DNA of 63,908 bases, filler included, from Octopus bimaculoides (taxonomy: Eukaryota), in assembly GCF_001194135.2 (NCBI RefSeq). It is 9 parts of 9 records of this genome, joined end to end, with 100 filler letters (N's around TTAATTAATTAA, not from the genome) between each part and the next. Parts side by side here need not be neighbours in the genome. Positions count along the whole stretch, not along the records: positions 33,435 to 56,444 come from NC_068983.1; 8 more parts are not named here. One strand, given 5' to 3'. The position numbers and the translations under genes are program-made. Position 1 is the first letter of the stretch. Each line of letters starts with the position of its first letter. Shown here in pieces: positions 39,050 to 51,174 of this stretch. The notes under the pieces are model-generated. The model saw only the letters and a list, made by a program, of their open reading frames with translations. It did not search any database and had not been told where the DNA came from.

Positions 39050-39412
39050 GCATTTGGCAAGGCAGGCTTTTCACAATGGGTGCAATTTGCATGTAACTGG
39101 CACTCCGTCCGTTACGACGACCAGTGTACCAGTTGATCCGACCAATGGAACAGCCTGCTTGTGAGGTTAACGTGCAAGTATCTGAGCACTCCACGAATAC
39201 GCTTACTCTTAACCGCAGTTCTCAGGAAGATTCAGCGTGACACAAAATGCGGCGAGGCTGGCCCTTTGAAATACAGGTACCACTAATTTTTAATAGCTGA
39301 GTAGACTAAAGTAACCTAAAATTAAGTGTCTTGCTCGAGGACACAACGCGCCGCCGGGTATCGAACTCACGACCATACGATTGTGAGCCGAATACCTTAA
39401 CCACTAAGCTAC
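39050..39412 (-). mobile_element. tRNA-derived SINE, family C-related
   Basis: Minus-strand head TAGCTTAGTGGTTAAGG..GAGTTCGATACC, CTCGAGCAAGACACTT. A partial body copy lies at about 46110-46185. Confidence 0.7.
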
Positions 39413-39628
39413 TTACTTTCAGCAGAATTTTTTTTTAATATATAAAATCATTCTTTACACGTTTTTATTACTTGTCGGACATTAAGGCGGCGAGCTGGCA
39501 GAATCGTTAGCGCGCCGGACGAAATGCTTAGGAGTATTTCGCCTGTCGCTACTTTCTGAGTTCAAATTCCGCCGAGGTCGACTTAACTTTCATCCTTTTC
39601 GAGATCGATAAATTAAGTACCAGTGAAA

Positions 39629-40281
39629 GGATCTTGTTCAAAACGGGGGCACCAGTTTTCATTAATGCTTTATGTAGTGTTTTTGGTACCGAAAGACTTT
39701 CAAACTTCGTATACTTATCTATTTTGTGTTATAGAACACAAAAAAATTTTTGTATTCGGATTTATTTCATGTAAAAAATTGTCTTATTTCGATAATTTCA
39801 ACCAATCACTAACAAGTATTCAGCTGTTTACAGTTACTCCTAAGCGGTGTAAAGCGTATTTAATCTCCATTACTTCTGACATTTTGCAGAGGCAACACAC
39901 GTGTGTTCGTTTTCCCTAACCCTAACCCTAATTGACTTGCTCCTTCCCTAAAAAACCATACCTTATGCTTATAACAGAAAGGTTTATTAGCTACTGCCAA
40001 TATGCTTCAGCCATTTTTTGACAAGGAAATAATAATTTTATCACCGCCGCGAATCGTTTGTTTACGTAGTCAGCACTTAAATTTTACGGCTGAATGGACG
40101 TCAGTCATTGGTTGAAATTACAGAAATACGACAACTTTAACATGAAATAACTTGCGATGTACGTTTTTTTGTTAAGAAGACTAAGAGAAAAAGATGTTTT
40201 ATATGACACATTCTACCAGTGTCCCAAGTTTCAAAGTGTTTCGTTAAGAAAATACTGGTGCCCCCGTTTTGAACAAGATCC
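39629..40281. mobile_element. MITE with 28-bp perfect TIRs and 8-bp TSD (Merlin-like termini), nested in a family A SINE
   Basis: TIR GGATCTTGTTCAAAACGGGGGCACCAGT at both ends; TSD CAGTGAAA at 39621-39628 and 40282-40289. The SINE sequence is continuous across the insertion. Confidence 0.9.
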
Positions 40282-41471
40282 CAGTGAAACACTGGGTTCA
40301 GTGTAATCGACTAGTCCCTTCCCCCAAAATTTCGGGCCTTGTGCCTATAGTAGAATGGATTATTTGTCGGTCATTCTTCTTCGACATACGCCCGATTTCG
40401 ATCGTTGTTCTAGTAGACTTTTCTATCTTTGAACTACTTCCCCCCTGGTGAAAAAGACGAAGTTTAAGAAGCCGATCTGTTTTATCAATACTCAGTGACT
40501 ATCTATCTCATTCTTATAACAGCGTTTTAACACCCATTAAGTAAACTTAACTGATTAACATTCAGTTTAGTGTCAGAAGGAGAGTGAAAATAAATTACGT
40601 TAGAAACTGAATGTGACGACAGTGAAATCCTATAATTTTATTATATTTATATAACGTGAAAATGATGCATAGAACAAGCATANNNNNNNNNNNNNNNNNN
40701 NNNNNNNNNNNNNNNNNNNNNNNNNNNNNNNNNNNNNNNNNNNNNNNNNNNNNNNNNNNNNNNNNNNNNNNNNNNNATATATATATATATATATATATAA
40801 GCTTTTGTACAGTTTCTGAGCCGGTGTTCCTTCAATATTGATCCTGAGAGTGACGGTGTGAAGAGATTATGCTATTCACCTTCCTTTTCAGCTTTGCCTT
40901 TTTATCTATGGCATGAGGAAAGGTTGTATGGATGAATGACGTCATGCATCAATATCGAAGGATTTTCTCTGAACCTCTTTTGCCACATATACTCACTCAC
41001 ACAGGTGCGATGTTAATAAAGCATCGTTCGTTCTTCATTGTCACCAAACTTTCTTCGGTAGCGAGCAACCACTGCTTTTTGATAATCGGCGAATGAATGC
41101 TCTCATTGTTGGATCAACAAAATTTAAAGAATGGTTCACATCTTCTCAACTATGTGACCTAAACTAACACAAGAAGATTACCCATTGAATATCATATGCG
41201 TCCCTGTGGCTTTCCACTGGTATTGTTGAATACACTTCGTCGCAGCTATATACCTCAGCTGCTATTTCAGAAATGCTTATGCGATTATATCGACCCCAAT
41301 GCTCAAATGGTACTTATTTTATCGACCTCGAAAGGATGAAAGGTGAAGTAGATTTCAGCGGAATTTGAACTCAGAACGTAAAGAACCAGAAGAAATGCTG
41401 CTAAGCATTTTGTCTGACATGCTGAGGATTCAACCAGCTTACTGCCTTTATGACAATAATTCTTTCTAATA

Positions 41472-41667
41472 AGGCGGCAAACTGGCAGAAACGTTAGCAC
41501 GCGGGCGAAATGCTTAGCGGTATTTCGTTTGCTGTTACGTTCTGAGTTCAAATTCCACCGAGGTCAACTTTCCCTATCATCCTTTCGGGGTCGATAAATT
41601 AAGCACCAGTTACGTACTGGTCCCCTCCTCCAAAATTTCGGGCCTTGTGTCTAGAGCAGAAAAGAGT
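41472..41667 (+). mobile_element. Family A SINE with 14-bp TSD
   Basis: TSD AATTCTTTCTAATA at 41458-41471 and 41668-41681. Confidence 0.85.
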
Positions 41668-43214
41668 AATTCTTTCTAATATAGGTACAAGGCCTGAAAT
41701 TTTGGAGGAGGGGGCTAGTCAATTGAGAAATACCTCTGTTGTCACTTCCGGTCAGTTTACTTCCAGTATTTTTCTAAACCCTTTGACTGCATGTTAAACC
41801 AAAATTCTTGCAAAATTATAAATAAAATAAAATTAAATAAATTAAAAATCAGGTGTTAAAATCCATTATATGATACCAGTATGAGTTAGCTAAGTTTGCT
41901 TGACTATATTCGGGTATTGGTAAGATACCAAGGTTAGGGCCGCTTTATCATCCACCCTACCAATCACGTCCCTCCTCTTCTTCTCTCTGCATAATCTGGT
42001 GATTATGTAATCGTCTCCATCTGTAATTCTTTCAGATCATGTAAGATGATACGACTGTCTGGGCTTGGTTTAAGATCAGATTACCTCCATTATCACGCCC
42101 ACCACCACCAGCACCGCCAACTTCACCGTCGCTGCCTCCGCCGCCGAGTCCGAACCTAAACAACTCATTACGTTCGCTGCTAATCACCGACCATCATTAG
42201 ATGACACTAATCACTAACCCGTAGTACTCGCTCACTCGGTTCTCTTCGTCCTTTCTCACCACATGCCCCCTACCACAGCAATTTCCTCTCTTGTAAACCA
42301 TCACTTGATATCCTTAATTTCCTGCCATCGTTTTCATTCATTCCAATTAATTTTTTCATGTTTGCCAAGAAATGTTATACATGCAAACAATTTATGTGAG
42401 TTTATTAAAATCCCATTACACACACACAAACACACACATTTACACACACAAAACAGTATATAAATATATAAAACGACTGATTGGTTAAGGTGCTAAATTT
42501 CTGATTACAAAACTCCTTAGTTCATATGCTCTCATTAACGTTCTATCGATTACGCCTTTGCGACGAGGGAAAACTATAATACATACATACATACTTATGT
42601 AAAAAAAATCTGTAAAACTTTCCAGAAGTTTATCATTTAAATATATATAATCATGTCTAAATATACAACTGTATGCATGAGAATACATACATAAAACATA
42701 AAAATCTGCACAAACATACATACATAAATAAATACATACAAACAAAAATACCCTGTTGTTGATGTTGAAATTCCAATGAAAGAGCCTTGAATTTAGGTTA
42801 GAAACCGGTTCTTTCTCTATTGGAAAGAAATCGTGAAGTAAACTGAATACATACATACATACATACATACATACATACATTCTTTTTTATTGAAACTGAA
42901 AGTGAGTTTGTCTCGCAACTCAATTTTCACGCCATTGCAATCAGAGCGCAGTGGTGTAAAACTTGAGTTGCGACACAAACTCTCAGCTTCAATAACAACA
43001 ACAAAGACCCAATATCCACTACATAATGTATTGAGCAGTCTTTCTCATTCTTTCAAGGTAAATAGATAAGTTTGGTAATGCAAATGGGAAAAATAAAACT
43101 AAAAACTTGAGTATTTACAGAATGCAATGAGTAAATTGACACCCTTTTATATTTTTAATTTCACGCATGTGCATTGTTTGTTTTGATTTTGTCGACTACA
43201 CAATATGGTAGGGT

Positions 43215-43937
43215 CAGATGGGTACCGTCTGTGAGAAAAACAGCACCATGACGGAATTCACTCTGCCAGAAATTTGGAAACGACATGCTGTACTGTTTGG
43301 CATTCGCGCCGGAAATGATAAAAATCGCGTTGGAAGTGACACAAATCGTGCCGAGTGTGATAAAAATCAAATAACCAGTCAACATCATGGTGTTTGGAGT
43401 GATCACCAGTGATGGCGACGCTATGCCTCCATTCATCTTCCCACACGACATCATACTCAACATGGAGGCCTACATCAAATGCCTGGAACACCGTGTGTCT
43501 GGCAACAGGACTCGGCCCCATGCCACACAAGCAAGAGAACCCAGTCATGGCTGTCAGACAATTTCTACGATTACATCACCCTAACATCTGGCTACCTAAC
43601 TCCTCAGACAGCAACCCCCTTGCTTATTATGTGTGGGGCGCAGTTGAGCGAGAGACCAACAAAACTCCTTGTAACACCAAAGATGAACTGAAGGCAAGGA
43701 TTATGGCAGCGTTCACCAACTTAAACAAGGAGACCGTCCAGAAGGGCTGCAGAAGATTCTGAAGACGTCTGGAGGCCGTGGTTGAAGCCAAAGGCGATTT
43801 TATTGAATAAATTTACTCTTTAGTATTTCAAGATATTTTTTATGTAATTTTGGTAAATATATCTGATAAAACAAGTCAGTGTCATTTTCATTTTCATTTT
43901 CGCGTAATTTAGACGACAGTTTATTCACCGCACTCTG
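43215..43937 (+). mobile_element. Tc1/mariner DD37D (maT-like) transposase remnant
   Basis: MVFGVITSDGDAMPPFIFP, VWQQDSAPCHTSKRTQSWL, WLPNSSDSNPLAYYVWGAVERETNK; right TIR ..TTTATTCACCGCACTCTG. Confidence 0.8.
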
Positions 43938-46900
43938 CATATATATTTTTTAATCAATAATCAATAAGCAAAAACTGAAGAGTGACTCAAGGGCGGAGAG
44001 TTTCGTTCGTTGGCACTTATTAAAGCTTTGTAAGTACCAACACACGAAACTCTCGGTCTTCGAATCACCCTGTAACTTCTGCCGATTATTAATAAAAGCG
44101 CGCGCGCGTGTACGTGTTTGCGTATTCGTGCATGTATGAATGTGCTTGCGTGTGAGAGTGTGCGTATGTATGTACGTGTGTACGTATGTATTATGCATGT
44201 ATGCATGGTAAAGCAATATGCTATGAAGAACACGGGCTATAATGTAATAACTAAGAAATCAATCAGTCCATCCATTAAGCAAACATCCATGTACGATAAT
44301 GGTTAAATAATGGTTACAGTAACCGAAGGAAGTTTAAATACTGGAAAAGGTTTAAATATACCCAAATTTGACAATTATTTTATCCAATGGTACTTTTCAG
44401 AACGTTAAAAATCTACATTAGCAATAAAGATTTTGATTTCTACATTTACGTAAGAATATGGTACCTGAAAATGATGAACGGAAAATATATCGATATGGAA
44501 ATGGGGTAGAGAGAAAAGACATTAAAAAAAAAAACTCCCTGAAAGTTGTGATTAATGGTTCGAAGAAGCCTAAACTACTCTTATAAGATATATCACTTTA
44601 CTTCAGTCCCTGTTAGGTTGGTGATTGTGATGGGAAAGACTTCTCATTGGGAATTCCCCCCCACCCTATATTCTAGAATTGTAAAAGAAAATGTTCGGTT
44701 TTTAGCTCATCAAATCGTAAAAGGCTAACTATACGATAGAGAGACGAAAGGAATTATACTTTCTACTATGGGTATACGGCCTGAAATTTTGTGAGGAGGG
44801 GGATAGTCGATTACATCGACCCTAGTACTTAACTTGTACTTATTCTATCGACCTCGAAAGGATGAAAAACAAAGTCAAAACATCTTGTCTAACTCACCAA
44901 CGATTACACGAGCTTGCTACCTTTGACAAGAGAAATAATTATTTCAAATTTTTGTTACAAGGGCAGTTTGGGAGAGGTGGGGATGAGTCGATTACATTGA
45001 TCCCAGTGTACAATTAGTACTTATTTCAATGACCCCGAAAGGATGAACGGTAAAGTCGACTTTGGCGGATTTTGAACTCAGAACACAAAGACAGACGAAA
45101 TACCGCTAAGCATCTCCGGACGTGGGCTGGTGAACTACTTCGTCACCCATCTTTCCAGTAAGATCTATCTGGAGAGAAGGAGCCTACCGCAAAGAGTATT
45201 CGGGAAAAGATGGACGAAAGTGGCGAGAAAGTTGAGTATGCAAGGAGCCGTGCTCACACGGTCGGACCATGCGTAAGGGAACGAAAAGAATTACGGAAAA
45301 CGAAATCAACCGGCGAGTTAGTCAAATAACCCGAACATAACAGTGACATTAATTTCATTCATAATTTTAAATCATCCGTCTTCATTTATATAAACTCATA
45401 CATTTCTTATTTATGTAACGAGTACGTCTGATCCTATATGTCCCTTGTCTGTCCTTGTTTGTCCCCTCTATGTATCCTTTTTATAAGGTAAATAAAGAAA
45501 ATCTGCTGGAAGTCGACGTGAGTGGTTTATATGAACAGGTGGTGAACAGCTGACGCAGTATTTGGTGTCAAGTGTGAAGTTGGTTTCGACGGTTAATGTG
45601 AACAGTTTCATCTTTGCTGCGAGGAAACCGGTTACAAGTCGGTTCGGTGCAACAGTGAATGTGAGTCGGTTAATGCGAACAGTAGCGTCTTTGTAAGGCG
45701 GAAGGTTTTGAATTGGCTGCGAAAATAGTGACAACTTCGTGACTTAAGAATATAGAATAGTTACTGGACTAACGTAAATTCGTGAGTAACAACAGAGTCC
45801 AATCGAAAGAAGAAAAAAATGGTAAAAAAAAAATTAATGAACTCTGGTGAATAACAGAAGCGCTCACCAAAAGAAGTCTACACATTTCAGAGGTAAATGA
45901 AAGAACTCTCTAAAGAACTGTCCATTTATTCCATAAATATTTATTCCATAAATATTTATTCCATAAATATTTATTCGCCTCTAACGTTTTTGCTTATTGT
46001 CGACTCTTCTGACTTCTGCTCAAAGCAATTTGGCTCACTAAGCTCGCCTACGGTCTTCTGATCTACGGACATAAACTGTTGGAGCCTGTTAGTGGTATAA
46101 ACTGGTCTCCGTCGTTTTTGATGATGCGGGTTCCAGTTGATCCGATTTACGGAACAGCCTGCTCGTGAAATTAACGCGTACCCTTAAGATATGCGTTTTG
46201 TGGAGTACTCAAAATAAGCTAAATCCATGTGTTGCGTGAAGAAGCGAGTTGAGATTTTTCTTTCTTTTTTTTATGAGAATAAGCCCCACTTGAAAGGTGA
46301 AGATTCATCTCTCTCTTCACGGTTAAACGAATTTCTCAGTTCAAATACCTTAATTTGCTGATAAAACGTTCCAATAACTGTATCTAAAGCTGACGTAAAA
46401 TGGAAAATAATATAGGTGATTTTTATATTGATTCAAATTGATTACGGATAAATTGGTAAAGTCAATAGGGTATCGACCGTGTGGGTGGATACTCCGCAAT
46501 AAAAGTTTCATTACGTCTCTGGCGGAATCGCAATTTTACATAGTCTCAATTCAGTTGTTGCAAAATAGATGAAATCAGATCATGACGAGGAGGTCACTTG
46601 TGATAAAGTGACATCTTGACAAATTAGAATATCTTAACCGTTTCCCAGAATGTTGCAGTAGCTAAGAGCTAGTCCTTAAACGAGCCAACGCGGGGGAAAA
46701 ATCGACAACGAAACACTTTGTATGCAAGATGAAGTAATCGGTTGAGCAAACACCTAACATTAAATATGTACGCACAGCACATACGTACACTTCTTTGCTA
46801 TATTTCTTTCCATAGAGGGATCAAATGGTATTCTGTGATCAGAGAACTAAATGAGGTTTGAACTGGTCAGGTAGATCTATTTTATCAGTCCACAGAGGAA

Positions 46901-47402
46901 AATACAAAGACATTTGTTATACAAATGTCACAATATAACAACGACTCAGGTGTGTTCAGAAAAGGCGATATGTTGCATCACACTAAAGATATAGAGAGAA
47001 GGAATGCTGCTAATTGCGTAATTAAAGAATAGATAATTCTTACACGTACTTAGCAATGACGTAACGTGGTGTTTGCTGTAGTCACAGGTATGCTATGTTT
47101 AAGGAAGGGACGGCCATTTTGCTTACCACACAGGACGGCTAAACACCTCACTACGCCCACGTATGCACACATACATGTATGAAGACATATGGTTGTCCAT
47201 ATTGTGTTACAGTAATACGCTCCACACGAAACTTCCTGATGGAGTCAGTGGTACGTTGGATCAAATGATAGTATTCTTGTTAAACATGTGTTTTACAATA
47301 ACATATTTTACACTTGAATTGTCAATGATTCTTGTTTAAGAAATTAAAAACGACGTTTGTGTTTGTATTCTGTTTTGAGTTTACCACCGGATCCCTCTCT
47401 CC

Positions 47403-47456
<54 letters not shown>

Positions 47457-47623
47457 TAGATACACTCACACATATTTATACTACATATACATATAAGGAA
47501 TAATGGGAGAAGGGTGAATGGACACATAGATACATACATATACGTACATATACACACACTATACGACATATATACATACACGCACATATACATACATACA
47601 TACATACACATGCGTATAAATTC

Positions 47624-47672
<49 letters not shown>

Positions 47673-48721
47673 CACACACACAAACACATGCATATATATT
47701 TTTATAGTGATTGTGGTGGGGGGGGGCGGACGCGTTAGATATGTAGACAAGTATAAGGCACATGAAACATTATTCCAACTTCTGATCAATATTTGAACAG
47801 TAGTCGATGCAGGTCACGTTGAAACACAGTAAAAAAAATAAAACAAAAAAAAATATCTTATATATATAAATCACATTAAAGATGCATATATATAAATCAC
47901 ATTAAAGATGCACAGTAAATCACAAAGGCAAGAAAGCAACAATCGTATGAAAGTGGACGCGTAGCTGATACGACTACGCTAAGGCCATATTTTGTCAAGC
48001 TAACGAAGTGACCTTCTCCTGGTCACTCGATCTGTTAGAATTAATAATGAAATCATAGTGTATTGGTTTAAAAAGAGGAATGATATATAGTGTAATGCAA
48101 TCTGAAATATATGTCTTTAAAATGGTGAGAGGTTTATGGCGCGAACGTTTGTGATCATAGTTTCGTTTGGCGAGAAATGACCTATGAAAAAATTAGTAGA
48201 GTTTTGATAAAAAAACGAAAAATATATATATTATTTCGTAAAAGTCAGTTATCTCCGGTTACCGTTTGTTTTGCTTTAATTATTAAATCAAATCATACAT
48301 TTTTTTCCTCGCCAATTATTCTGTTTTCTTTACTGTTTTCCCCCTCCCCATTTTTTTCTCACTCTTCCTTCTCACCTATATCACATTCACACCTATTCAA
48401 CTTCCTACACCCTGTCCCATTTTTGCATAACTCCAATCAACCTAACAATCCATTTGCGCCCCACACCGCTCACACATCTACTACTATTCCCATCTTACAC
48501 AGACACTCTCCTACACATGCAAACAATATCTAACCCGTTCTTCACTTCTTAACTCCTCCTCATAGAATCGCATTCCAACCTTTCTTTAAATATTTTCATT
48601 ATTTTCCCATTACCTTTCTTCTTTTTCGTTTGTTTGATGATGGGCTAGCATCCGAAACGCTAAAGACTCTTTCCCTCTTGTGTTTTGTTTTTGCTATATA
48701 TTTATATATATATGTAAAAAT

Positions 48722-48999
48722 TAACACTTCCTTCTCCGAGCCTAGATTGGAAACCGAATCTAAGAATTCTCGGTCGTCCAAACCACCACAATCAACAGGC
48801 GCAAAAACAGGTTTTCTTTGTCCTGTCAATTTGAACTTCGCCTGACATGGCTTAGGTCGACGGTCAAAGGGAGATGATCAATCATTTTTTTTTTAGAGGA
48901 CAAAGAAAGCCTGTTTTCGCGCCTGTTGATCGTGGTGGTTCAGACGATCGAGAATTCTTACATTCGGTTTCGAATCTAGGCTTGGAGAAGGAAGTGTTA
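48722..48999. repeat. Inverted repeat with two 103-bp arms (48722-48824, 48897-48999) and a 72-nt spacer
   Basis: Arms align at about 90% identity by manual comparison; the right arm runs into a gap. Confidence 0.9.
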
Positions 49000-49267
49000 N
49001 NNNNNNNNNNNNNNNNNNNNNNNNNNNNNNNNNNNNNNNNNNNNNNNNNNNNNNNNNNNNNNNNNNNNNNNNNNNNNNNNNNNNNNNNNNNNNNNNNNNN
49101 NNNNNNNNNNNNNNNNNNNNNNNNNNNNNNNNNNNNNNNNNNNNNNNNNNNNNNNNNNNNNNTTATTATGGCAACCGAATGATTGTCACATATTATATTA
49201 CAGATAAATTCCTCTATTTACATAATATCGAGGTCTCATTCATTCTTTTGTTGTCATACCATTACTA

Positions 49268-49301
<34 letters not shown>

Positions 49302-49670
49302 GAAGCAGACAGACAAACGTACAGACAGAGAGACGGAGGTGTCTGAAAAGGTCAATGCCATTTAGGGTTGTGCGTCTATTATTGACTTCTATCTGGTATC
49401 CAGCTCTTAATTGTCTGCATGCAGGAGTGTTCCATCTGCTGGTCAACGGCATTGATTAGCTGGGTAAGCTAGGTCAGCTGATTTTAAATTCAGCGAAATT
49501 TTTTTTTTTAGTTTGTCATCTTACGTATGAGAAGACTCGATTATCAGTTGATTGTGTGAAAGCAACCCATCCACCGATAGTCGAATTATAACGAGGGAGT
49601 TGGGGATGTCCAGCAATATCGCTGTGTACGCGTTTCATAGCGTATGGTGGAACGCCCAAATCGCCCAGGT

Positions 49671-49951
49671 CAGGGGTTTTCAAACTGTGGTCCGCAAGGA
49701 CAAGACAGTGGGGTCCGTGGACAGCAAATACTTTTTATGGGTAATTTGATTTTATATATGTTTTTTAATCGAAATCTTTTAATTGACAATAAACCTATTT
49801 GTTAAATACCGTTAAAATAAATAAATGTAAAAATATATGTTATTTTAAGCAAATATTTATGTTTAAATTTCATAAGCGTTTATAAGGGGGTCCCTAAGGT
49901 AAAGCCTGAAATATAAAGGTGTCCGCAAGTCAAAAAATTTGAAAACCCCTG
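49671..49951. mobile_element. hAT-superfamily MITE, 281 bp
   Basis: TIR CAGGGGTTTTCAAA..TTTGAAAACCCCTG; perfect 8-bp TSD GCCCAGGT (49663-49670, 49952-49959). Confidence 0.92.
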
Positions 49952-50331
49952 GCCCAGGTCATTGCGCAGCATCACTGGTATACGTCCAGCTGTCTTGGTT
50001 CACCGCCCATATCAGGAGAACCAGGAACGATAGAACGAGGCTGGTCGTCGGCGCATCCCTCTCTGATCACAATCGAAGTCCAGTGCAAATTAAACCCTAG
50101 CCCACTTGGAACTACAGACGGCGGACCTTTCATTGCAGCATTTGGATTTCTAGCAAGTCTGCAACAATGGAATACAACCATTAGGTTACACGGAACAGCC
50201 TTGATTTTCCAGGACCCGCTCGGTTGTGTTCGTTCTTCCTATGCTGCCACTCTTTAATAAGAACCATTGGCGTCTAACAAGCATAGCTTTGATCATCTTC
50301 GTAAACGAAAGATGAAAAAGAAAATGTGCGC

Positions 50332-50367
<36 letters not shown>

Positions 50368-51135
50368 TGGGGGCACGCGTGCGTGAGTATTTGTGTAAGC
50401 TCTTCTATTGCTCATCTGTAAATTCACACATTCATGTGTATGTGTGAATTTACGAACAAAAAACACACACACAAATGCACGAATACATTTACACACACAC
50501 ACACACATATATATAGTCGTATATAGCATTTGTTCATTAGTGACAGAAATCCAGTGTAGTTAGTGTCTGGAGGCCGGTGTATAATGAGTAATAAGAATAA
50601 CAACTAATATATACTCCACAATTGATTTATATATTCTTTATCGTTTTTCACTAATTTCAGAACACAATTCTGTGCGTATACGTGTAGTGTACATAATTCT
50701 AAAATAAAAGGACACTTTAATCAAGATATCAGACGATATTAATTACATTGCCGCGAATGATATATATATACATACATATATATATATATATATATATTCA
50801 AAGGCGTGTGTGTGTGTATACATAGTTTTTGTGTAGGTGTAGTACATAATTTCATATTGATATTAGAATGCAAGTAAGTATTATATGTCAGTGTGCGTGT
50901 GTGTCTAACTAAAGCTGTCGCTTTTGTTTCTAAAGCCGATGTTAGTTCAATTTTCGTTCTAATTAGCTGAAACAACATTCGTTGTTTATGCTGATATATA
51001 TCGATTGTAACCATGTCTAACAGACTGTGAAGTAAAATAAAATAAAATACACTATAAACAGGCTTATATTGTAGTCGGATGTAGAGCTGGCTTCGTAATG
51101 AGGTCAGACCTGGAAATAGGGTTAAATTTAAAGGG

Positions 51136-51174
<39 letters not shown>

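Noticed and set aside
39484-39600. tRNA-like A and B boxes (also in about 20 other places)
   Set aside because: These are SINE heads; no cloverleaf or acceptor stem, so no tRNA genes are called.
39914-39931. (CCCTAA)3 as an interstitial telomere or fusion scar
   Set aside because: Only three units and internal to a MITE.
45928-45975. 15-bp tandem repeat x3 (and a 26-27 bp duplication at about 47860-47915)
   Set aside because: Simple local slippage duplications with no further structure.
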